Source: Pontiella sp.
GTDB lineage: Bacteria; Verrucomicrobiota; Kiritimatiellia; Kiritimatiellales; Pontiellaceae
Assembly (NCBI GenBank): GCA_050290185.1
Contig: JBNKHE010000006.1
Location: forward strand, 128,001-192,000
Length of the DNA stretch: 64,000 nt
Direction of reading: 5' to 3'
A program made the position numbers and the translations under genes. A model generated the notes under the pieces. It saw nothing but the letters and a program-made list of their open reading frames with translations, made no database searches and had not been told where the DNA came from. Below are positions 20,157 to 29,104 of the stretch, one piece after another (within the stretch, counting starts at the first letter, position 1; each line of letters starts with the position of its first letter).

Positions 20157-21629
20157 TTAGAGCGACTTCATGTTGCTCATGGCGGCGCGCAGCTCTTCGC
20201 CGATGATTTCCACTTCGTGGTAGCGGATTTCGGCGTTTACTTCGACGAGCGTCTTGTTGTCGACCTTGTTGTCCGCCAGTTCGAGGCCCTTGCCGATAAC
20301 GTCGGTGCCAACCTTGGACATGAAATCCTTCAGCAGCGGAACGGCGGCGTGCGAGAAGAGGTAGCAGCCGTATTCAGCCGTGTCGGAAATAATGCGGTTC
20401 ATTTCAAACAGCTTCTTGCGCGCAATCGTGTTGGCGATGAGCGGCGTTTCGTGGAGCGATTCGTAGTAGGCCGATTCCGGCTTGATGCCGACTTCAACCA
20501 TCGCTTCGTACGCCAGTTCGACGCCGGCCTTGACCATGGCGACCATCAGGATGCCCTTGTCGAAATATTCCTGCTCGCTGATTTCAGCAGCGGTAGGCTC
20601 GGTCTTTTCGAAGGCCGTCTCGCCGGTCTCCTTGCGCCACGTCAGCAGCTTGACGTCGTCGTTGGCCCAGTCTTCCATCATGGTGCTGGAAAACACGCCG
20701 GTGATGATGTCGTCCATGTGCTTTTCAAACAGCGGGCGCATGATGATCTTCAGCTCCTCGGCCAGGTCGAACGCCTTGATCTTGGCCGGGTTGGAAAGGC
20801 GGTCCATCATGTTGGTGATGCCCCCCTGCTTGAGCGCTTCGGTAATCGTTTCCCAGCCATATTGGATGAACTTCGCGGTCCAGCCTGTATCTACGCCTTC
20901 GGCGACCATCTTGTCGAAGCAGAGGATCGAACCGGCCTGCAACAGACCGCAGAGAATGGTCTGCTCGCCCATGAGGTCGGATTTCACTTCGGCAACAAAA
21001 TTGGATTCCAGCACGCCGGCGTGGTGCCCGCCCTGGGCAACGGCAAGTGCTTTTGCGAGTTCCATGCCGTCGCCATTCGGATCGTTTTCGCGGTGGCAGG
21101 CAATCAGCGTCGGAACACCAAAGCCGCGCTTATATTCTTCGCGCACTTCGGAACCGGGTGATTTCGGGGCAACCATGATCACGGTCAGGTCCTTGCGGAT
21201 GAGCGTGCCTTCTTCAACAATGTTGAAGCCGTGGGCATAGCAGAAGGTCGCGCCCTGCTTCATCAGCGGAACAACGGTTTCAACGACGTTGGTGTGCTGT
21301 TTGTCGGGGGCGAGGTTCATGACGATGTCGGCGGTCGGAAGCATTTCCTCATAGGTGCCGACGCTAAACCCGTTTTCGGAAGCGTTGAGGTAGGACTGGC
21401 GTTTTTCCGTGATGGCGGCGGCGCGCAGGGTGTAGGAAACGTCGAGGCCGCTGTCACGCATGTTGAGACCCTGGTTCAGGCCTTGGGCGCCGCATCCGAC
21501 GATGACGATCTTCTTGCCCTTGGCATATTCGCATCCATTGGCGAACTCGGCGGCATCCATGAAGCGGCAGGTGCCGATTTCTTCAAGCTTCAGACGCATC
21601 GGAAGCGTATTGAAATAATTTTGTCCCAT
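20157..21629 (-). CDS. ilvC: Ketol-acid reductoisomerase, long class II (E. coli type)
   Basis: NYFNTL start, [39 protein letters not shown]; 490 aa. Confidence 0.97.
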   Translation of the reverse strand: MGQNYFNTLPMRLKLEEIGTCRFMDAAEFANGCEYAKGKKIVIVGCGAQGLNQGLNMRDSGLDVSYTLRAAAITEKRQSYLNASENGFSVGTYEEMLPTADIVMNLAPDKQHTNVVETVVPLMKQGATFCYAHGFNIVEEGTLIRKDLTVIMVAPKSPGSEVREEYKRGFGVPTLIACHRENDPNGDGMELAKALAVAQGGHHAGVLESNFVAEVKSDLMGEQTILCGLLQAGSILCFDKMVAEGVDTGWTAKFIQYGWETITEALKQGGITNMMDRLSNPAKIKAFDLAEELKIIMRPLFEKHMDDIITGVFSSTMMEDWANDDVKLLTWRKETGETAFEKTEPTAAEISEQEYFDKGILMVAMVKAGVELAYEAMVEVGIKPESAYYESLHETPLIANTIARKKLFEMNRIISDTAEYGCYLFSHAAVPLLKDFMSKVGTDVIGKGLELADNKVDNKTLVEVNAEIRYHEVEIIGEELRAAMSNMKSL

Positions 21630-21677
21630 TGTTTTCTCCTTGGTTAATTCGAACGCGCGGAACCTACTCCAAATCAC

Positions 21678-21729
21678 ACGTTGCGTAAATTGAATTATTT
21701 GGGATATAGTATTGCGATTTTCGAAATAA
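21678..21729. promoter_or_regulatory. Tandem IlvY operators (O1/O2-like)
   Basis: ACGTTGCGTAAATTGAATTAT (21678-21698) and GTATTGCGATTTTCGAAATAA (21709-21729): two 21-bp imperfect palindromes 10 bp apart, resembling AYRTTGCAA-N3-TTGCAAYRT. Confidence 0.7.
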
Positions 21730-21735
21730 AAAAAG

Positions 21736-21812
21736 GCGTGAGCCGTGACGATTGAAACGTGATCTGGGGGGAATTCACGCTTCATGGCTCAATCATCACG
21801 GAATCACGGTCA
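21736..21812. repeat. CGTGA/TCACG palindromic element in the ilvY leader
   Basis: CCGTGACGATTGA pairs with TCAATCATCACGG, and TGAGCCGTGA pairs with TCATGGCTCA; related to 9564-9622. Confidence 0.55.
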
Positions 21813-21853
21813 TGGAATTGATCTTCGTGGCTACACAAAACCGAGGAGATGTC

Positions 21854-22717
21854 GTGGATATTGCTGCATTGGAAACCTTCATCAAAACGGCGGAACTGCT
21901 GCATTTCGGCCGGGCAAGCCGGGCTTGCAACCTGAGCCCGTCGGCACTCACGCGTACCATCCAGCGGCTGGAAGAGGAGGTCGGGCAGATGCTCTTCATC
22001 CGCGATAACCGCAGCGTAGCACTGACTGAAGCAGGCAACCAGCTGCTTACGTATGCTCGCAGTGCCGTCCTGGAATGGCAGCATTTCCAGGGATCTCTTG
22101 CTCCCCGGGAGGAGGTTGCGGGTGCGATTTCGGTCTACGCCTCCATCACCGCGGTTTACAGCCTGTTGCCCGATCTGCTCGAAGCGTACCGGTCGGCCTA
22201 TCCCGACGTGCAACTGGCGCTGCGGACCGGCGCCGCTGAACGGGCTATCGAGCAGCTGATGAGCGGGGAAATCGATCTGGCCATTGCCGCCCTGCCCGAT
22301 ACCAAGCAGACCCAGCTGGAATTCATGCCGCTGGCGGAAACACCGCTGGTGTTTATCGCGCCGAAATCATCGGATCCAATACGACGAAAACTGGACCTGT
22401 CGAAAGAGCCGCTGGTGGTACCGCAATCCGGTGTGGCGCGGAACCGGCTGGATGCATGGCTGCGGCGCAACCATGTCGTCCCCAACATTTCCACGGAGGT
22501 TTCTGGAAATGAAGCCCTGATTGCCATGGTCCGCCTGGGCGCCGGAACGGGAATCGTGCCGCAACTCGCCCTGGAGCGCAGTCCTTTCCGCGATGACGTG
22601 AACATTATTGCAAACGCCCCCAAACTTGACCCCTACGTCGTCGGCCTCTGCTCCAGCAAACGCAACCTCAAGCGGCCTGCCGTCAAAGCTATTTGGGAAT
22701 TGGCGGCATCCCTCTAA
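21854..22717 (+). CDS. ilvY: LysR-family activator IlvY
   Basis: LHFGRAS...LSPSALTRTIQRLEEE...LFIRDNRSV HTH, ASITAVYS, VSGNEALIAMV.LG; divergent from ilvC; GTG start with GAGGAG RBS. Confidence 0.9.
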   Translation: MDIAALETFIKTAELLHFGRASRACNLSPSALTRTIQRLEEEVGQMLFIRDNRSVALTEAGNQLLTYARSAVLEWQHFQGSLAPREEVAGAISVYASITAVYSLLPDLLEAYRSAYPDVQLALRTGAAERAIEQLMSGEIDLAIAALPDTKQTQLEFMPLAETPLVFIAPKSSDPIRRKLDLSKEPLVVPQSGVARNRLDAWLRRNHVVPNISTEVSGNEALIAMVRLGAGTGIVPQLALERSPFRDDVNIIANAPKLDPYVVGLCSSKRNLKRPAVKAIWELAASL

Positions 22718-22822
22718 AAAACGGGACATGGCCCTCCCCGGAAAAGGTAGAGCACGCTCTCCGGGCGAGCCGCACGCACGCAATGCCGTCGCACGAAGCT
22801 ACCGAACCGATCCTGCGGGCGT

Positions 22823-23164
22823 CTAGCCGATGGCTTCGGTGCCCTTCTCCCCGGTGCGGATCCGGATGCATTCCGGCAGATCGAGAACGAAAATCTTTCC
22901 ATCCCCGATGTTGCCGGTGCGAGCTCCCTTGATGATCGCATCGGTCGTGGCTTCGACAAATTCAGCGTTTACCGCGATCTCGAGACGAACCTTCTTGAGC
23001 AGGTTCACTTCGACGTCCGTGCCGCGGTAGGTCTCATGATAGCCCTTCTGCTGACCACATCCCAGCGCGTTGGTGACGGACATCTTGTAGACTTCGGCCT
23101 CGTACAGGGCCTGTTTGACCTCGTTGAGGGCTTCGGGCTGTATGTATGCAATAATCAGCTTCAT
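22823..23164 (-). CDS. glnB: P-II family nitrogen regulator
   Basis: [11 protein letters not shown]-loop, [20 protein letters not shown]; 113 aa. Confidence 0.93.
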   Translation of the reverse strand: MKLIIAYIQPEALNEVKQALYEAEVYKMSVTNALGCGQQKGYHETYRGTDVEVNLLKKVRLEIAVNAEFVEATTDAIIKGARTGNIGDGKIFVLDLPECIRIRTGEKGTEAIG

Positions 23165-23356
23165 ATCCAACATCCTTTGTCGTTTGGTTTATAAGTGGTC
23201 AAGTGCCAGTCAGGCTTCTGCAATGGAGGAGGCTTAACACCTAAACCCTCCTTCTTAACACTCCCTATACATGGGTAAAGAGCAACCATCCATATGTAGA
23301 TCAGGAAACCATTCCTGTCCATATCCGAAGGACGGAACAAATGTCCGACCGGGAAC

Positions 23357-25633
23357 TCAGGCCAGGACTTCAGGGGCCAGGTTTTGATCGATAAGAAAAG
23401 CCTCGATTTCGCTGATCCGGCCAAGGTCAAGCATCTGATTGGCGATCGCCTCGGCATCCTGCAGCCGGATAGAGCCTACCAACCGCTGCACGGTAGGCGC
23501 ATTGACGATATCGATACTGAACTTCCGCAGGCCAACGCCCAACAGAAATGGAAGCAAGCGGTTATCGGCTGAAAGATCCCCGCAAATGGAAACATCCTTG
23601 TTCTGGGTTTTTGCAGCAGCAACAATCCGGTTGATGGCCCGCAGGATCGCCGGATGGTGGGCCAGGTAGAGACTGGACACCTTTTCGTTGGTCCGGTCGA
23701 CCGCAAGCATGTACTGGATGAGATCGTTGGATCCGATGGAGAGAAAATCAGCTTCCTGAGCCAGCTCATCGATAACCTCCACGGCCGAAGGAAGTTCCAC
23801 CATAACACCCAGTTGGGTCTCCCGGTTGAACGGAATCCCGCCGGCTTCGAGCTCATCCATGCATTCGTAGACGATATCCCGGGCCGCCAGAAAATCATCC
23901 ACCGATGAAACCAGCGGAAACATGATCCGGGTATCGCTTTCCGCTCCGGCACGCAGAAAAGCGCGCAACTGGTCGCAGAAAATATCCTTGTTCTGCAACG
24001 AAAAGCGGATGGCACGCATGCCGAGAAACGGGTTGGCCTCGCTGACGTGCGAATAGTAGGAGAGCATCTTGTCCCCGCCGATATCCAGCGTGCGGAAGGT
24101 TACGCTTCGGCCTACCATCTGATCCACCAGCTTCTTGTAGATCAGATACTGCTCCTCCTCGCTCGGGAAGTCGGTGCGCACGATAAACGGAAATTCGGAG
24201 CGGTAGAGCCCCACGCCTTCGGCCTTGAACTTATGGGCAGGCTTGAGGTCGCTCAACAGATTGATGTTGGCATAGATATGCACGCGTTCACCGCATTTTG
24301 TCAGGGTTTTTTCCTGCACGTCGGCGGCATCGTGCAAGGCTTGCCAGGCCTCATCCAGCTCCTTGTATTTGCGCTGGACCTCGTCGGTTGGTTCGAGATA
24401 GATAATCCCCTGCTCGCCATCGACCAGCATCTCGATGCCTTCCTCGATGGCATCGGCCTCCTCGCGGCTGATGGAGACCATGGGGATACCCAGTGAGCGG
24501 CTGATGATGGCGTTGTGCGAGGTTACCCCGCTACTGACAATGAAGCCCTCGACGTTTTCGGCCGACAATTTAAGGATATCGGACGGCAGCAGCTCGTGAG
24601 CGATGATGATCTGGCCGCGATAGTCGCAGGCGTCGGCTTCCTCATTGAGCAGGTTGCGCGTAAGGCGGGTTCCCAGGTCTTTTACGTCGATCACCTTTTC
24701 GCGAATCATCGGCATCTTGCTTTTGGAGAACACCTCGACATATTCGTTGACCACTCCCGCAATCGCCTTAACAGCAGGCGTGCCGGTTTCAATCAGGCCG
24801 GCAATGCGGCCGGTAAACTGCTTATCCTCGAGGATGAGCAGGTGGGCGCTGAAAATGAGTACGGCGACGTCGGCCAGCTCGGTCGAGGTCTGGCGCTGCA
24901 GTTGCTCGATCTGGCGCATCGTTTTATCGAGCGCCTTGTTGAAATCATCCAGGGTATGCGGCGACGCATCAGGGTCGGGCAGCAGGCAGGCATCGGCATC
25001 GTTTGCATCCAGCGTACAGGCCCGCCCCCGGGCCGTTCCCGTGCTCGCAGCCCGCCCCCGCAGGATGTCCCCCTTGCCCATCTTCCTGATGGCCGGCGCC
25101 TCTTCTACCAGCGCCCGTTCGCGAACCTCGCTCAACAGCTGGACATTCTCGATCATCGTCGCCAGCTGGGCCGCAATGGCCCGCAGAGCCTTCACGTCGT
25201 TCGGGGTAAAATAGTTGGTTTCCTTCGCCTGGACCACCAGAGCGCCGATTCTTCTCAAACCGCGAAGGATCGGCACGGCCAGAAACGCTTCGTATTCCTC
25301 TTCATGAATGCCCGGGAAAAACTTGTAGGAGGCGCTCTTGGAGGCGCTCCCAACGCAGATGGGGCGCAATTCACGGATCGCCCGGCCGGTAATCCCCTCC
25401 CCCACGGCCAGCTTGACGGTTCCAATGGCGCCTTCATCCAGGCCCTGGGTGGCGCGCAGGGTCAGCTCCTTGTGCTCCTCGTCATAAATGTAGATCGAGC
25501 AAACATCGGCCTGCATATGCCTGGCAACCGTCGTCACCACGGTTTGCAACAACACCTTGCGGTCCTGTCCTTCTTCGGCCAAGGACATCAGCTCGGCGAT
25601 ATCGCATACGAGATCTACATTCCGTTTTTTCAT
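23357..25633 (-). CDS. ptsP: PEP-protein phosphotransferase with N-terminal GAF domain (EI-Ntr)
   Basis: GAF (ADVCSIY...LRATQGL...GEGITG), TSHNAI phospho-His, GVGLYRSEF, RTLDIGGDK, EANPFLGMRAIR, SIGSNDLIQY. Confidence 0.93.
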   Translation of the reverse strand: MKKRNVDLVCDIAELMSLAEEGQDRKVLLQTVVTTVARHMQADVCSIYIYDEEHKELTLRATQGLDEGAIGTVKLAVGEGITGRAIRELRPICVGSASKSASYKFFPGIHEEEYEAFLAVPILRGLRRIGALVVQAKETNYFTPNDVKALRAIAAQLATMIENVQLLSEVRERALVEEAPAIRKMGKGDILRGRAASTGTARGRACTLDANDADACLLPDPDASPHTLDDFNKALDKTMRQIEQLQRQTSTELADVAVLIFSAHLLILEDKQFTGRIAGLIETGTPAVKAIAGVVNEYVEVFSKSKMPMIREKVIDVKDLGTRLTRNLLNEEADACDYRGQIIIAHELLPSDILKLSAENVEGFIVSSGVTSHNAIISRSLGIPMVSISREEADAIEEGIEMLVDGEQGIIYLEPTDEVQRKYKELDEAWQALHDAADVQEKTLTKCGERVHIYANINLLSDLKPAHKFKAEGVGLYRSEFPFIVRTDFPSEEEQYLIYKKLVDQMVGRSVTFRTLDIGGDKMLSYYSHVSEANPFLGMRAIRFSLQNKDIFCDQLRAFLRAGAESDTRIMFPLVSSVDDFLAARDIVYECMDELEAGGIPFNRETQLGVMVELPSAVEVIDELAQEADFLSIGSNDLIQYMLAVDRTNEKVSSLYLAHHPAILRAINRIVAAAKTQNKDVSICGDLSADNRLLPFLLGVGLRKFSIDIVNAPTVQRLVGSIRLQDAEAIANQMLDLGRISEIEAFLIDQNLAPEVLA

Positions 25634-25661
25634 ATGTCTCCAACTCACTTAACAGGGTAAC

Positions 25662-25690
25662 AGCATATCCGGCATTTCGAGGCGTGTCAA
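25662..25690 (-). promoter_or_regulatory. sigma70 promoter of ptsP
   Basis: Minus strand TTGACA-17 bp-TATGCT, 28 bp upstream of the ptsP ATG. Confidence 0.75.
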
Positions 25691-25771
25691 AAAATAGAGA
25701 TTGTCCAATTTACGAATCGACCTTGCCCAACGCCTTCCCTACTATTTTGTCCTTAAAAAGCCGGAAATTCT

Positions 25772-28700
25772 ATGAACAAGCCCTCTGCAGAAAAGCTGCT
25801 CGAAATCTACCGTTCCATGATCGCCTCGCGCTATACCGACCAGTTGCAGTCGGCCGCCGCGCAAAGGGGCGAAGTTTTCTTCTATATTCCTTCGTCCGGG
25901 CACGAAGCCAGCGCCGCGCTCAACGCGCACCTGATCGGGGCCGACTGGCTGCACCTGCACTACCGCGACCGCGCCCTGGCCTACGCCCGCGGCGTCACGT
26001 ACGAATCCGTATTCTACGGCCTGTTCTCCAAAGAGGAATCCAATTCCGGCGGCCGGCGCATGCCCGCCTTCCCGTGCGATCCCGAATTGAATATACTGAG
26101 CACCCCGACTCTGGTCGGAAGCAACGTGCTGCAGGCGGTCGGCGTGGCATCGGAAATCAAAGATCTGGACGGCAACCCGTTCGTGACGGTATCGGTCGGC
26201 GACGGAGCCACCCAGCAGGGCGACTTCTACGAAGCCATCGCCGAGGCCGTCCGCGCCAACCTTCCGGTGCTGTTTCTGATCGAGGACAACCGCTTTGCGC
26301 TTTCCACCGTGACCAAAGGCAATACCTTCTACTCCCTGCCCGGCGGGGAAACCGAAAGCTTCTACGGCCTGCCCATTCACCGGGTTGACGGTAGCGACGC
26401 CATGGCCACCTATGAAACGTTTGGCGACGTCGCTTCAACGATTCGTGCATCGCGCGGACCGCAGATTGTGGTCTTCAACGTCGAGCGGCTCGAAAGCCAC
26501 ACCAATGCCGACGACCAGTCCATGTACCGTACCGAGGCCGACCTGAAACATGCCAAGGACAATGCCGACCCCTGCGCCCGCCTGCGCGAAGCCATGCTGG
26601 CCGACGGCATTGACGAGGCACAGGTTAAAGCGATCGAGGACGAGGTCAAGGACGCCATCGACGCGGCTTTTCACACCGCCCGCAAGGGAACTACGCCCAA
26701 GGCGAGCCTTACGGCCAAGAAACCGCTTCCCGAACCGCGCGTGGAATACCGCGGCACCGATGACGCCCGTACCTTGAGCATGCTCGAAGCCATGCGCGAG
26801 GCCCTCAAGGCCCGCCTGGCGAGCGACCCACGAACCTCCTTGCTCGGGCAGGACATCGAAGATCCAAAGGGCGATGTCTTCGGTCTCACCCGCGGTTTGA
26901 GCAAGGCATATCCCGATCAGGTCCACAATGCGGCGTTAGCCGAAAACACGATTCTCGGCGTCTCTACCGGTCAGGCGCTGGCCGGCGGCCATCCCGTCGC
27001 CTTCATGCAGTTTGCCGACTTCCTGCCGGTGGCCTACAACCAGATCCTTTCCGAAATCGGCGCCATGTACTGGCGGACCAACGGCCAGTGGGAAGCGCCC
27101 GTGCTGATGATGTCGATCTGCGGCGGCTACCGTCCGGGCCTCGGCCCCTACCACGCCCAAACCATGGAATCGATCTGCGCCCACGTCCCGGGCGTCGATG
27201 TCTTTATGCCTTCGACGGCCGCCGACGCCGCCGGCCTGCTCAACGCCATTTCCGAATCGGGACGCCCGTCGGTCTTCCTCTTCCCGAAGAGCCTGATCAA
27301 CGACCGCACCAACACGACCTCTGCCGATGTTGAAAAGCAGTATGTGCCCATCGGCAAGGCACGAATCACACGCACCGGACAGGATATTACCCTCGTGAGC
27401 TGGGGCGGATCCATGCCGGTATGCGAACGCACGGCCGAAGCCCTTGCCGAAACCGGCATTAACGCTGAAATCATCGATCTGCGCACCATCTTCCCGTGGG
27501 ACGAGGAAGCCGTATTGGCCTCCGCGAAAAAGACCGGCAAGCTCGTTATCGTGCACGAAGACAACCAGACCGCCGGCATGGGCGGCGAAATTGCGGCCAC
27601 CATCGCCGAACGCGCCGGTAACGCGGTACAGATCGCCCGCGTCACGCGGCCCGATACCTACATCCCCTACGACTATTCCTGCCAGATCGAGGTGCTGCCG
27701 TCCTACAAGCGCACCCTCGAAAAGTGCTGCGAGCTGCTCGACATCGACATTCATTGGGATAAGCCCGTGGAAGAGGAAGCCGGAACCGTCACCGTCAAGG
27801 CGATCGGCTCCAGCCCGTCGGACGAAACCATCACGATCACCAGCCTCCCCATAAGCGTCGGCGATACCATTGCCGAGGGCGATCTGATTGCGTCGGTTGA
27901 AGCCGACAAAGCGTCGATGGATATTTCCGCCCCGGTCAGCGGCACGATTTCGGAGTTGCTTGCAGAAGAAGGCGATGTGCTACGCGTCGGAACACCGATG
28001 GTCAGGATTGCATCCGACGAGGCGGCCCAGCTGAAGCCGCTGACCAAGGAAGATCCCGGCACCCCGGTCATGGAACGCCGCCGCGCGGCTGAAGCACAGC
28101 CGGCCCCGGACAGGAGCGATATCCATCCCGCCCTTTCAAACTCCATATACATTTCCAATATCGCCACCGTCTTTGGCTCGCGCCACCTCACCAACGACGA
28201 GCTGCTGCAGGGCCATGGCGAATGGGATTCGGAAGCGATCCGCAAGCGAACGGGCATCGAAAACCGCTACTGGATTGACGGAGATGAAAACGTGCTGTCG
28301 CTGGCGGTCAAAGCCACCCGCAACCTGCTTGCAAAGGAACAGCTCCACATTTCCGATATCGGCGCAATTATCTGCTCAACCGGCACGCCACTGGTCATGA
28401 CGCCTTCGCTGGCCTGTAGCGTTCTGCACGAACTCAGCCCGGAAAAGGGCGAAGTACTGATGCAGGCACATGACGTCAACGCCGCCTGCTCCGGCTACAT
28501 GTATGCCCTGCAGTCGGCATTCGACTTCCTGACCAACGCCCCCGACAAGAAGGTGATTGTCATCACCGCCGAAACGCTCTCGCCCATGGTCAACCACGAT
28601 GACCAGAAAACCATGGCCCTGTTTGGCGATGCAGCGACGGCATCACTGGTCAGCTGCGAAAAACGTCCGGGCGATATCGGCGTCAAACTCAACCGCCCGG

Positions 28701-29104
28701 TACTCTCTGCAACGGGCGTGGATGCAAAGGTCCTCTATGTCCCGAACATGGGCAGCGGCGAAGTGATCGAGATGGAAGGGCTGACCGTCTTCAAGCTGGC
28801 CGTGCGCAAAATGATCGACATGCTCGACCTGGCCTGCCAGGAACGCGGCATCACGGTCGAGGATCTGCAGAAGATCGTGCCGCACCAGGCCAACGAACGC
28901 ATCATCGAGGCCATCCGCAAGACGATCAAATGCCCGTCGGAAAAGATGTTCAACCATATCCGCAAGTACGGAAACACCTCGTCGAACACGATTCCGATCG
29001 CGCTCGCCGAGCTGGTCCCCGAACTGGACTCCGACACGCTGATCGGCCTCACCGCCTTCGGCGGCGGATTCACCTTTGGCGCCGCGGTGATCGAGAAGGT
29101 TTAG
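25772..29104 (+). CDS. Fusion: 2-oxoacid dehydrogenase E1alpha + E1beta + lipoyl domain + 3-oxoacyl-ACP synthase III (FabH)
   Basis: TPP motif GDGATQQG...EDN and RLESHTNADD; E1beta LAENTILG, QFADF, GPYHAQ; lipoyl VEADKAS (K713); FabH triad AACSG (C906), PHQAN (H1038), YGNTSS (N1068), AFGGG; one uninterrupted 1110-aa ORF. Confidence 0.93.
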   Translation: MNKPSAEKLLEIYRSMIASRYTDQLQSAAAQRGEVFFYIPSSGHEASAALNAHLIGADWLHLHYRDRALAYARGVTYESVFYGLFSKEESNSGGRRMPAFPCDPELNILSTPTLVGSNVLQAVGVASEIKDLDGNPFVTVSVGDGATQQGDFYEAIAEAVRANLPVLFLIEDNRFALSTVTKGNTFYSLPGGETESFYGLPIHRVDGSDAMATYETFGDVASTIRASRGPQIVVFNVERLESHTNADDQSMYRTEADLKHAKDNADPCARLREAMLADGIDEAQVKAIEDEVKDAIDAAFHTARKGTTPKASLTAKKPLPEPRVEYRGTDDARTLSMLEAMREALKARLASDPRTSLLGQDIEDPKGDVFGLTRGLSKAYPDQVHNAALAENTILGVSTGQALAGGHPVAFMQFADFLPVAYNQILSEIGAMYWRTNGQWEAPVLMMSICGGYRPGLGPYHAQTMESICAHVPGVDVFMPSTAADAAGLLNAISESGRPSVFLFPKSLINDRTNTTSADVEKQYVPIGKARITRTGQDITLVSWGGSMPVCERTAEALAETGINAEIIDLRTIFPWDEEAVLASAKKTGKLVIVHEDNQTAGMGGEIAATIAERAGNAVQIARVTRPDTYIPYDYSCQIEVLPSYKRTLEKCCELLDIDIHWDKPVEEEAGTVTVKAIGSSPSDETITITSLPISVGDTIAEGDLIASVEADKASMDISAPVSGTISELLAEEGDVLRVGTPMVRIASDEAAQLKPLTKEDPGTPVMERRRAAEAQPAPDRSDIHPALSNSIYISNIATVFGSRHLTNDELLQGHGEWDSEAIRKRTGIENRYWIDGDENVLSLAVKATRNLLAKEQLHISDIGAIICSTGTPLVMTPSLACSVLHELSPEKGEVLMQAHDVNAACSGYMYALQSAFDFLTNAPDKKVIVITAETLSPMVNHDDQKTMALFGDAATASLVSCEKRPGDIGVKLNRPVLSATGVDAKVLYVPNMGSGEVIEMEGLTVFKLAVRKMIDMLDLACQERGITVEDLQKIVPHQANERIIEAIRKTIKCPSEKMFNHIRKYGNTSSNTIPIALAELVPELDSDTLIGLTAFGGGFTFGAAVIEKV

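Noticed and set aside
23190..23210. CTGGCAC upstream of P-II as a sigma54 promoter
   Set aside because: Followed by TTGAC-CACT; no -12 GC.
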